This document shows, piece by piece, positions 7,500-16,823 of a DNA stretch of 64,000 bases (the first letter of the stretch is position 1; every line of letters starts with the position of its first letter). Source of the stretch: Anaerolineae bacterium (lineage in GTDB: Bacteria; Chloroflexota; Anaerolineae; 4572-78; J111); assembly GCA_020433805.1 (NCBI GenBank), contig JAGRBZ010000007.1, positions 249 to 64,248 on the forward strand, in the 5' to 3' direction. A program made the translations under genes and the position numbers. A model generated the notes under the pieces. That model had not been told where the DNA came from. It was given only the letters and a program-made list of their open reading frames with translations, and ran no database searches.

Positions 7500-10400
7500 A
7501 TGTTTGACCAACAATGGTATGACTCTCTGAAACGAAAAATTAGTGCTGCCGATATTGATGCTGAAATCGATAATCCCCGCCTGCTGCTGGAGGTTGAACT
7601 CGCATTTCGGTTACTGGAAATAATCGGCTTGACCGATGAACCGGCTGACGTTATCTGGTCGCTATTGAGCACCTTACCTGTGCCTCACCAGTCACTCACC
7701 AACCTGGACAATAACCAAAAACGGGCGCTGGCCAACGCTCGGGTCTTGCTCCATTTTGGACGCTTCGCCTGGCGCGATGCGCTCTACTGGTATAGCAAGC
7801 TACCCGCTCAATGGCGCGTTTACCAGGTTGACGCAGCTCAACCACTCAGCAAACCGGCACAACGCGAACCTAACGGCCCAGCCTATGTGACCAATCGAAT
7901 AGAAATTTACGACAACCTGTTGCATAAAAAACTCAGTTACAATAAACATTCATATGTCTTGGCAGGACCCGGGCGCATCACCTTCCGCACAACCCGCCAA
8001 CGGCCCCGAACAATCACCGTTGATCTGGATGCTGAAATGGTTTCCGCTGCGACAGCCGGGGATACCATCCCTCAAATTAACGGTGAGGAACGACCCCGCC
8101 AACCAATCATTGTGGATTGGGCCGGACTAAGAAACACGGCTGATATGCTGGATCAAAGAGCCGAGGAACGAAAGCCAGATCAAAACTCTGCTAAATGGAG
8201 CTGGCTGCTTGACCAGGTTATCCGGTTGCGATTTGTCGAAAAAGATGGTGGTTTGAGCCAGCTAAATGGCCATCCGCTCAAAATCGAGGGGATGCTGCAT
8301 CTGGCGGGTATGGTTGGCGCCGGTAAATCCACCTTAATGAAGCTGTTGGCCGCGCATGGAGTCCTTTCCGGCAACTGGCGCACCACTCTGGTGGTCGGCG
8401 ATACCATTACCGCCATCAATTTAGCCGATGAATTCAATCATCTTCTCTCTGACGGCAACTCACCGGTTGCGGTGCCCCTCTTGGGTCGCACTACCCGGCA
8501 TCACCATTTGCAGCGTCTTTACCAATCGAACAGCTTCCGCCCTGACCATTGGGGCTTACGCTGGTTGGATACTCGCTGCGCCATTCAGGGTTCTGCCGTT
8601 GAAAATGATCTAAAAGATGGGCCATTACAGCCCGGCGACGAACCATGTGAACGGTTGCAAGCCGGCCCACCTGATAAACCAGGCTCACTGCTACATTGTC
8701 CGCTCTTTGCCTTATGCCCTTCACGCCAACTTTACCACGATATTCCTGAGGCGATGATCTGGATTACAACGCCTGGGGCAATGGCAACATCCCATTTACC
8801 GGTAGCAACTGACCGGCGTCAGATGCTTTTAGGAGAGATGATTTACCATGAGGCAGATCTTGTAATTTTTGACGAGGTTGATACGGTTCAGCAATGGTTT
8901 GACAACGTCTATGCCTCCGACCAGTGGCTACTCGACGGGGGCCAGGGGCTGCTTGACGTGATGGATGTCAAAACCATCGAGGGTCTCAATCGCGGCTATC
9001 AAATCTCTCGACAGGGGCAGCGCTGGATTACGGCCGAACGGAGCGCCCGGCAGGTCGCCGAACAAGTATGTAGTATGCTGCGCGACCAGGCCGTGTTACG
9101 GGAGTGGCTTGGCGACCGCTACTTCACCGCGCACCGTTTATTTTTTGATTTAGCCTATCGTTTGCAGGTGAAGAGATCGGATGCTGATCAGGAAAAGATT
9201 AATCGGGTAGCTCTGGATTATTTTGACCAATTTCGCCGTGGATCTATTCTCCATCCGGGCGATAGCTATAACAAGGAACCGCTATCTCGACTTCTGGCCA
9301 TTGCCGACCAGGTCTTGGCCCGTGGCGGCAGTCTGGTTGATCGGGAGCGGGTTTTAGCTTTATGCAAGCAATGGTTAGAAGAATATGTACCTGATTCTAA
9401 GGCCATTGCCGGCCAACTGGCGCTTGAAAAAGCAGCCTGGCTTGAGAAGTGGCAGCATCGATCAGCGCGTCGAACCAGAAAACGGCCACCCCCTATGCCT
9501 GATGACTTGGAGACGTTGGCCGTCAGGCTTGAACTGGCGATTTCGGTCGCTATCCTTGAGGAAATGGTGCGAATCACCTTTGATGGTTGGCAACATGCAC
9601 CCTTGTTTATCACCAGTCAGATTGCCGATGATTATCGCTTGAGTCGCATTCCGCGTGACCTGGCCGGTGTCTTGCCCACCTCACCCACCGGTAGTCTCTT
9701 CGGATTTCAATACCTGGAAGAAGCTGGAGCCAGCCCGGATACAGCGGATGGTGAACAAATTCCGCTGAAAGTTCGCAGATTTTCTACGTTTCAATATCGC
9801 AACATCGGCCGCTGGTACGTTGAACACTTCCATGAATTACTCAGTGACCTTGGTTATCCCGGCCCTAATGTGTTGGCCATGTCCGGCACATCCTGGCTTC
9901 CTGACTCGGCAACATGGCATTTTTCGGTTGAACCCGCCGCTGTCCTGGAACCCACAGCGCACAGCCAGCAGGCCATCGAGACCAGCAAATTCTTCTTCAG
10001 GCCGGCTCGAGACAACGAGGGTAAACCCATCTTTGTGTCAGGCAGCGGGCGTTTGAGACAACAACTGGCTTTATTGGGCAAACAGTTGGCCGGCTATCCA
10101 GCCCCAAAGCAAGCTTTTTTGCTGCAAGAGTTGAAACGCCTCACCAATTTAGCCGAGCAGCAGCCGGAAGTGTGGGGCGACCGGGTTCGCCTACTCCTGT
10201 TCGTAAACTCATATGAGCAGGTACAGCCGGTGATGCAAGCCATCTTGAGCCAGCAGCCAGAGTGGAACCAGTTAACCTATGGACTGGTACGCAGTGCCGT
10301 CCCAACCCAGTCGAATGAATGGCAGTGGGCCAGGCTGGATGGTCAGACATTTATTAAGCATGATATAGAGCAATTCGGCCAGACTCAGGGTAACATTCTG

Positions 10401-11000
10401 GTTGCGCCGCTGCAGGCCATTGGTCGTGGTTACAATATTCTCAATGAAAACAATGTTGCTGCCTTTGGAACCGTATTATTTTTGACCCGACCAATGGCGC
10501 CTCCCTTTGATATGCAGGCTCGAGCCCAATGGCTAAACTGGTGTGTCCTGAACAAATGCGGCAGATCTGACGATGAACTTTGGCAGGGAAAAGTAGGCTT
10601 TCACGAAAAAGCTGAAGTCTTGCGTGACTGGGCGCATGATGAGTGGGATAGCTATGATGCCGCCCGCCGATATCAGGATTTGGATGATAAGCGCAAAAAC
10701 GATCTAGCCGCCTCGATGGCCGGTCTTATTATTCAAGCTTGTGGCCGGTTGTTACGGGGAGGTGTTCCGTTTCGGGCGTATTTCGTTGACGCGGCCTGGG
10801 CACCCCATACGGCCACAGGCAATAGGTCTGACACACTTGAAACCAGTCTACTCTTGAGGATGATTTACCTACTAAACTATTATTGTCAAAAGCCAGTCGG
10901 ACAAGCTTTATACGCACCCTTGGCCAGGTCTTTAAACCAAATAGAAGGGCTGGCCAAGCTTGAAACCATTAAAGATGAACCACTTTTAGTAATGGAGTAA
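7500..11000 (+). CDS. Large SF2 (DinG/XPD-like) helicase, pPIWI-RE-associated type
   Basis: Walker A AGMVGAGKST (nt 8304-8333). Walker B VIFDEVD (nt 8862-8882). Motif VI-like QACGRLLRGG lies near the C-terminus. Four Cys (aa 360, 383, 400, 406) lie between motifs I and II. Starts 4 nt after the previous stop. Confidence 0.8.
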   Translation: MFDQQWYDSLKRKISAADIDAEIDNPRLLLEVELAFRLLEIIGLTDEPADVIWSLLSTLPVPHQSLTNLDNNQKRALANARVLLHFGRFAWRDALYWYSKLPAQWRVYQVDAAQPLSKPAQREPNGPAYVTNRIEIYDNLLHKKLSYNKHSYVLAGPGRITFRTTRQRPRTITVDLDAEMVSAATAGDTIPQINGEERPRQPIIVDWAGLRNTADMLDQRAEERKPDQNSAKWSWLLDQVIRLRFVEKDGGLSQLNGHPLKIEGMLHLAGMVGAGKSTLMKLLAAHGVLSGNWRTTLVVGDTITAINLADEFNHLLSDGNSPVAVPLLGRTTRHHHLQRLYQSNSFRPDHWGLRWLDTRCAIQGSAVENDLKDGPLQPGDEPCERLQAGPPDKPGSLLHCPLFALCPSRQLYHDIPEAMIWITTPGAMATSHLPVATDRRQMLLGEMIYHEADLVIFDEVDTVQQWFDNVYASDQWLLDGGQGLLDVMDVKTIEGLNRGYQISRQGQRWITAERSARQVAEQVCSMLRDQAVLREWLGDRYFTAHRLFFDLAYRLQVKRSDADQEKINRVALDYFDQFRRGSILHPGDSYNKEPLSRLLAIADQVLARGGSLVDRERVLALCKQWLEEYVPDSKAIAGQLALEKAAWLEKWQHRSARRTRKRPPPMPDDLETLAVRLELAISVAILEEMVRITFDGWQHAPLFITSQIADDYRLSRIPRDLAGVLPTSPTGSLFGFQYLEEAGASPDTADGEQIPLKVRRFSTFQYRNIGRWYVEHFHELLSDLGYPGPNVLAMSGTSWLPDSATWHFSVEPAAVLEPTAHSQQAIETSKFFFRPARDNEGKPIFVSGSGRLRQQLALLGKQLAGYPAPKQAFLLQELKRLTNLAEQQPEVWGDRVRLLLFVNSYEQVQPVMQAILSQQPEWNQLTYGLVRSAVPTQSNEWQWARLDGQTFIKHDIEQFGQTQGNILVAPLQAIGRGYNILNENNVAAFGTVLFLTRPMAPPFDMQARAQWLNWCVLNKCGRSDDELWQGKVGFHEKAEVLRDWAHDEWDSYDAARRYQDLDDKRKNDLAASMAGLIIQACGRLLRGGVPFRAYFVDAAWAPHTATGNRSDTLETSLLLRMIYLLNYYCQKPVGQALYAPLARSLNQIEGLAKLETIKDEPLLVME

Positions 11001-11006
11001 GATAGC

Positions 11007-13613
11007 ATGAATAAAACAGAGTCGCCGCATCACATTCAGGAATTCCGATTCCGCCTAAATCTGGAAGCATTGGCCAATGAACAGATTGCTTATCTGCGCT
11101 TTCCGTGGGAGAGAGCAATCAATGAATTTACTGACTTCATTAAACAGAAATTGGGCAGAGAGTTAGTTTTCAAAGAGCTGCCGCCATTTCAACCGCTCAA
11201 TGCAGCACTGGTCGCCTTATCAACGACATTGGTTCACGGATTTGAAGAGTATAAATTTGATGAGCAAGAAATCAGATATCTGGTGCTGCCGGCCGACGCG
11301 CCACGACCTCAACTAAGCCAGCTCATAACCGTCGTCCAATTATGGATCGCAAATTGGATTGACAATAAATTCAAGAATGAGATAACTTTGCCCGAAGTGC
11401 AGCAGGCCCGCCTGGAACTGCTAGAGAAGCTCGACCATCCCGAATATGAATGGGAAGAGGCAACGGTTGACTCTCTCTGGCCCCACAGCCCCTTTATTTA
11501 TCAGGCCATTCCCAGCCTATTGGCCAAGTATCTGGTCAAACAGAAGCTGACAATTTTCGACCTCCATCCAGAATGGCGCTTGAGTAAAGGAACGGGAAAG
11601 GGGCATTTATCTCTGGTCAGCCAGCCGCTCCCTTCGGAAGCGGGTAATGACAGATTTGCTTATGTTATTGAATTCATAGTTCAAACCGTGCCGGGCGATG
11701 CCGAGCCTTATGTGGACCTTCATGTTCATTGTCGCCGCTATATGAGCCGTCCGGTTGAGTGGCTGAATCGCAATCGCAAGTCAACAGTTATGGTTGGGCT
11801 TAAGGCACCGCTCATTGATGGTTGGCCTTTCGACACAACCCTTATCCCCTTACAGGTAGACAGACGCGGTAAAAAATTCTTTTGGCGCGATCAAACCCGT
11901 CACCTGCTTGAACAGGTCAATATCCGGGCGTTAATTGAGCCTGATAAATTGGCTGCTAATCCATCAGAACACTGGTTTGCCAATGACCGGGATAAATACT
12001 TCTGGATATACGCCCAGGGTATGCAGCCCGACCATGAATTAGGAACCGGCTTCAGCCCCGGCGAAATGTATGAGGTATTTCAACAGGTAGCCCAATTGAC
12101 AGACTCTATCCTCACGCCAATTGCACCACTTGAACGAGACATGGAAACCTTCGGACGCAGACGCACCGCGGCAGAACTGACGGTTTGGGAACTGATGGAC
12201 GAAGGCAACCGGCAGGTTCGAATATTCGGCCAGTCGCGAAAAACTGAAACGCTTGATGACGCAGCCAAGCAGCAGTTAAAAATCGAGTCCGGGCGGAGAG
12301 CCGTTGATGATAAACCTCTCTATTTGCTGCTGCTGTATCGCGCTGAAAATAGCCGCCTCGAATTACGGAAGCATGCGCAAATGTGTTTGCCTGCACCTGA
12401 TCTAGATACTCATATCATCGAATTACAGCTTCAGGATGAGTTGACAGCTCCTTTTCCGGAGGATGCTTCTACCATAGAGTTCCAGAGGCGTCGGCGTCTC
12501 TGGAAGAAGTTCTTGCAGGAGATAGAATTTCCTAATAACGCCAAAATAATGGCCTTAATTGAAGTCCCGCGTGACAACTTGTCAGATGACGATGAAAAAG
12601 TAAAAACCGTAATCCGTGAGGTGTGTATGCATCTTGATATCGGTTCGCAGTTATTTGTGCAGCCCAAGGCTGAATTCAAGTCAGGTGATACAAGCCGCGC
12701 CAAAAACGCCGTGACAGATTTGCTGGTGCGACAAACCGGCACAATTTTCGGCGACATTCGCGATATCTACCGGGCAGCTGGCCTGCCCGGCGAGGTGGCT
12801 GACCACCTGACGGTCATCGGTCTATACCGCCGCCGGACAAGCGGATCGAAAGCCATTGATTTTCCATTGGCGGTACGGGTTCTCCCCATTGGCAAGGTCG
12901 AGATGTGCTGGCCCGGCCAGATATGGTTGGCCTATCATCAGGCTACCCTGAGTTTGGGCCAGTTCTTCAAAAGCAATCGAGGGAAAAAAAATCACCGGCA
13001 AATTCTCAATCTGAATGGCGATAAAATCTCATCGTTCATTGAGCAGGTTTGCCTGATGACCAACAGCCCAACCCTGGTTCTGGTTGAAGCCCACGATTTT
13101 CGCGGTGTGTGGCCGACACTGCAAAATCCGAAGTTGCTGCGTAATGAGCTTCGCCTGACCACCGGGGATATTTTGACGCCCGCCTCAGTGCCAGACCTAC
13201 GGCTTATTCGCCTACGCACCAGTGAGAATCACGAAACACCTCAATACGTGCGGGTGTTTCCAGGCAATGACGCCGGTCAATATGAGGCTGGACGCAGCGC
13301 GGAAAGTCTACACTTGGCCCGCACGTCTGGCCCTTTCCCGATGTTTCACAGCATTGGCCAGATGCCCCAAACCACCACCTATCAAAAAGCGACTGACCCC
13401 AAGACCCAGAGTGGTGGGGATCGCTCATACAAACACCAACGTATTATGGAAATCATCCCCATTTTTATGCAACCCGGCGACCAGGAACAGGCTTGGGCGC
13501 GGCTGGTAGACTACTTGCGCTATACCCCGGCATGGCACGGCGGCGACCCCACGCTCCCTTTACCCAATCACCTCGCGGTTAACGCTCTGCAGGATGTGCT
13601 GTGTTTACTATAA
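11007..13613 (+). CDS. pPIWI-RE-like prokaryotic Argonaute/PIWI-family protein (RNaseH-fold C-terminal domain)
   Basis: Position is downstream of the REase plus DinG-like helicase. C-terminal strings PTLVLVEAHDFRGVWPTLQN, LIRLRTSENHETPQYVRV, KHQRIMEIIPIF and DPTLPLPNHLA match my memory of the pPIWI_RE RNaseH domain. Not verified by any search. Confidence 0.6.
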   Translation: MNKTESPHHIQEFRFRLNLEALANEQIAYLRFPWERAINEFTDFIKQKLGRELVFKELPPFQPLNAALVALSTTLVHGFEEYKFDEQEIRYLVLPADAPRPQLSQLITVVQLWIANWIDNKFKNEITLPEVQQARLELLEKLDHPEYEWEEATVDSLWPHSPFIYQAIPSLLAKYLVKQKLTIFDLHPEWRLSKGTGKGHLSLVSQPLPSEAGNDRFAYVIEFIVQTVPGDAEPYVDLHVHCRRYMSRPVEWLNRNRKSTVMVGLKAPLIDGWPFDTTLIPLQVDRRGKKFFWRDQTRHLLEQVNIRALIEPDKLAANPSEHWFANDRDKYFWIYAQGMQPDHELGTGFSPGEMYEVFQQVAQLTDSILTPIAPLERDMETFGRRRTAAELTVWELMDEGNRQVRIFGQSRKTETLDDAAKQQLKIESGRRAVDDKPLYLLLLYRAENSRLELRKHAQMCLPAPDLDTHIIELQLQDELTAPFPEDASTIEFQRRRRLWKKFLQEIEFPNNAKIMALIEVPRDNLSDDDEKVKTVIREVCMHLDIGSQLFVQPKAEFKSGDTSRAKNAVTDLLVRQTGTIFGDIRDIYRAAGLPGEVADHLTVIGLYRRRTSGSKAIDFPLAVRVLPIGKVEMCWPGQIWLAYHQATLSLGQFFKSNRGKKNHRQILNLNGDKISSFIEQVCLMTNSPTLVLVEAHDFRGVWPTLQNPKLLRNELRLTTGDILTPASVPDLRLIRLRTSENHETPQYVRVFPGNDAGQYEAGRSAESLHLARTSGPFPMFHSIGQMPQTTTYQKATDPKTQSGGDRSYKHQRIMEIIPIFMQPGDQEQAWARLVDYLRYTPAWHGGDPTLPLPNHLAVNALQDVLCLL

Positions 13614-13640
13614 TCATCAAGCTTAATCCAGGAGACCGAG

Positions 13641-16600
13641 ATGTCTATCCATCTCTACCTTGCCCCAGCCGGGGCCGGTAAAACCGATTATCTAATTGAG
13701 CAAGCTCGCCAGGTCGTTGGGGATTTGTCCACAACCGTGCGCGTTTGTGTCCCCAGCGGACTACAAGCCCAAGTCTGGAAACGCCGATTAGCGGCAGCGG
13801 GTGGCGCGTTGGGGGTGCGGGTGCAGCTCTTTTATGAACTCTATATGGAATGCCTGGATGCCGTGGGCCAGCCATACATCGAACTGAGTGAGCCGGTCCA
13901 ATACCGGCTGCTCCAGGCCACTGTTGATTCCCTGCCCTTAACCTACTACCGTTCCCTCAAACGTCGTCCCGGCTTTATCTCGCTCCTGCAAAATCTCACT
14001 GGAGAATTGAAGGCCGGGCGAATTGATCCTGATTTATTGTCAGCGGCCATCACCCAATTGGGCAACGAAAATCGCCTGGCCGAACTTGCCCAAATTTACG
14101 CCGCTTATCAGACCCAATTGCAGGCCCGTCACTGGACCGACCGGCCCGGCCTGGGCTGGCTGGCCGTAGAAGCGCTGGCTAACCGGCCAACTCTGCCCAC
14201 TTTTACCGACTCCGTGCTGTGGGTGGACGGGTTCGACAACTTCACACCCATGCAGATTGATTTTTTGAAAGAAATCGCTCAGCAGACCCAGCAATTGGTC
14301 ATTACCCTGACCGGCGCTGGCAGACCTACCCGGCCGCTGGTGCATCGTCGTTTCGAGCAAACGCGAGCGCAGCTGGAGGCCGCCCTGCACGTTTCAGCGG
14401 AGCCGCTACCGGTCAGACCACGCCGTTGCCACCCGGTGCTAGCCCACCTGGAAGCCCAGCTGTTCAAGTCGTCTCAGGACTCAGTGCTCGGCGTCGAGGT
14501 CGTGAGCCTGATTGAAGCACCCGACCGGGTCGGCGAGGTGCGCAGCGCGTTACGCTGGCTCAAAAAACGGCTCATTATGGACGGCTTGTCTCCCGGTCAG
14601 GTCGCCCTACTGGCCCGCTCAATTACCCCTTATCGCCCCTTCATCAGCCAAGTCGGGGTCGAGTTTGGTTTGCCCCTGCACCTGATGGAGGGTCAGCCGT
14701 TGCGCAGTAATCCGGCCGTAGCGGCCTTGCTCAATCTGTTGCGGCTGATGCTGCCAGCTTCGGCGACCGATCCCAGGCCGGCGCTGCCTTACCCGCTGGT
14801 ACTTGAAGCCTGGCGGTCACCCTATTTCGATTGGGCAGCCCGGCCAACCCTCGAAGCCGAAGAACCGATTGGAATTGAAGCCGGTGACGCTGCGTTACTG
14901 GCCAACGTTGCCCGCCAGGGGCAGGTGTTGGCGGGCCAGCGCCAATGGCTGGAGGCCTTTGAGCCGTTGACCCGGCGAGACCAGGCTGCCCAAGAAGTCG
15001 GGTTGCCTGACGCCGCCACCGCCCACAAACTTCAGACCATATTTGAGCGATTTATCCGGCGCCTGACGCCGCCGGAGGCAGCAGTTAGCCTGCGCGACTT
15101 TGCCGGGTGGCTGGAAGACCTAATCGGGGCCGACCCGCAGTTTGCGCTACGTTTTTCACAACCCGACCCGGCTGCCCCCATCTCGCTCAAGGTGATTGAC
15201 CGTATCCGGGCCGAGCTAACGACGGCCGCCCGCGACCTGGCCGCGCTCCAGCAACTCAAAGAGATTTTGCGCGGTTTGGTCTGGGCCGAAACTGCCATTA
15301 CCCCAAACCAATCAATGACCTTTAGCCAGTTTTTTGACGAGCTGGCCGGCGCTATTGAAGCCAGCAGCTACTTGCTGCCGTATGACCCGGCTGAGGAAGC
15401 CATCCTGGTCGCCGATGTGGTTCAGGCCCGCGGGGTGCCGTTTCAGGCCGTGGCCGTACTGGGCCTGGCTGAAGGCGAGTTCCCTACCCGCTTAAGCGAA
15501 GACCCGCTGCTGCGGGACAGCGACCGCTTCCGTTTGAACCAACTGGGTATTCCGCTTCGACCTTCCACCGAAAGCGCCGAGATCGAGTTCTTTTACGAAA
15601 CTATTGCCCGACCCTGGGATCAACTCCTGCTGACCCGCCCCCGCCTGGCCGACAATGGCGCGCCCTGGCAGGCCTCCCCATATTGGGAAGAGGTCATCAA
15701 ATTGGTCAAAGTCACCCCCTTGCCCCTGACTCAGGAGCGTTTGCCCCGGCCTGACGAAGTCGCCTCCTGGCCCGAGCTGATGGAGAGTTTGGGACGCTAC
15801 GCCGGTTACGCAGTAGTCAAGCAGTGGATCGCCGAGACCAACCCCGTACGGCAGACGGCTGTGGCTGCAGCTGCCCAAACAATGGCGCAGCGATTGGCCC
15901 AGGCAACGGGCAGTCTGTTTGACGGCAATCTGCACGCCGCCACTGCTGACCTGGCCAATGAGTATGGTCCCACCAGAATCTGGAGCGCCAGCCGTCTGGA
16001 AGATTATCGCACTTGCCCCTTTCTCTTTTTTGTCAGACACCTGCTGGGCGTTGAACCTAGAGGCGAACCGGAAGAAGGGCTGGACGCCCGCCAATTGGGC
16101 CGAATTTACCACGATACTTTTGAAAAGCTTTACCAATCCGTCCTTGACCCGACTGACCTGGAGGAATTGCTGGAAGCGTTGCCGGAAATCGGCGGCGCGA
16201 TTCTGGATAAGGCTCCGGAAAAGGAAGGTTTCCGGGCAACGGCCTGGTGGTCGCAAACCCGGCAGACTATTTTGGACAATGTGCAGCGCTCATTGATTAA
16301 ATTGGCCGAACTGGCCGGCGATTTTGAACCCCTGGCCTATGAGCAGCGTTTTTTTGAACCGGACATGCCGTTGACCCTTCGCGACGGCGATGATTACTTC
16401 CAGCTGCATGGAGTGATTGACCGGATCGACCAAGGGCCAGATAAAACCCTCCGCCTGATCGACTACAAAACCGGCGGTTCTTATGGCTATGATGAGGCTG
16501 CCATTCGAGAAGGGAAAAAGCTGCAACTGCCCCTTTATGCGCTGGCCGCGCAGGAAGCGTTGGAGCTAGGCCAGGCGGTGGATGGCTTTTACTGGCACAT

Positions 16601-16823
16601 CCACCAAGCTGAAGCCAGCCGTTTTAGACTGGCGACGTTCCGAGGCGAGTTTGCCAGCGGGCCAGAGGCGGCGATGCAGGTTGCGGTTGAGAAGGCCTGG
16701 GAAGCGGTGCGGGGGGCTCGAACTGGCCACTTTACACCCCAGCCGCCGGCTGGTGGCTGCCCCACTTACTGCCCGGCCGCGAGCTTTTGCTGGCACTATC
16801 ACCCGGCCTGGGGAGGACGCTGA
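13641..16823 (+). CDS. addB: AddB/RexB-like helicase-nuclease subunit (PD-(D/E)xK nuclease with Fe-S Cys cluster)
   Basis: N-terminal Walker A APAGAGKT. C-terminal SASRLEDYRTCPFLFF, DRID...LIDYKTG nuclease core and GGCPTYCPAASFCWH (1 + 3 Cys layout as in AddB). AGGAGA Shine-Dalgarno. Confidence 0.85.
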   Translation: MSIHLYLAPAGAGKTDYLIEQARQVVGDLSTTVRVCVPSGLQAQVWKRRLAAAGGALGVRVQLFYELYMECLDAVGQPYIELSEPVQYRLLQATVDSLPLTYYRSLKRRPGFISLLQNLTGELKAGRIDPDLLSAAITQLGNENRLAELAQIYAAYQTQLQARHWTDRPGLGWLAVEALANRPTLPTFTDSVLWVDGFDNFTPMQIDFLKEIAQQTQQLVITLTGAGRPTRPLVHRRFEQTRAQLEAALHVSAEPLPVRPRRCHPVLAHLEAQLFKSSQDSVLGVEVVSLIEAPDRVGEVRSALRWLKKRLIMDGLSPGQVALLARSITPYRPFISQVGVEFGLPLHLMEGQPLRSNPAVAALLNLLRLMLPASATDPRPALPYPLVLEAWRSPYFDWAARPTLEAEEPIGIEAGDAALLANVARQGQVLAGQRQWLEAFEPLTRRDQAAQEVGLPDAATAHKLQTIFERFIRRLTPPEAAVSLRDFAGWLEDLIGADPQFALRFSQPDPAAPISLKVIDRIRAELTTAARDLAALQQLKEILRGLVWAETAITPNQSMTFSQFFDELAGAIEASSYLLPYDPAEEAILVADVVQARGVPFQAVAVLGLAEGEFPTRLSEDPLLRDSDRFRLNQLGIPLRPSTESAEIEFFYETIARPWDQLLLTRPRLADNGAPWQASPYWEEVIKLVKVTPLPLTQERLPRPDEVASWPELMESLGRYAGYAVVKQWIAETNPVRQTAVAAAAQTMAQRLAQATGSLFDGNLHAATADLANEYGPTRIWSASRLEDYRTCPFLFFVRHLLGVEPRGEPEEGLDARQLGRIYHDTFEKLYQSVLDPTDLEELLEALPEIGGAILDKAPEKEGFRATAWWSQTRQTILDNVQRSLIKLAELAGDFEPLAYEQRFFEPDMPLTLRDGDDYFQLHGVIDRIDQGPDKTLRLIDYKTGGSYGYDEAAIREGKKLQLPLYALAAQEALELGQAVDGFYWHIHQAEASRFRLATFRGEFASGPEAAMQVAVEKAWEAVRGARTGHFTPQPPAGGCPTYCPAASFCWHYHPAWGGR

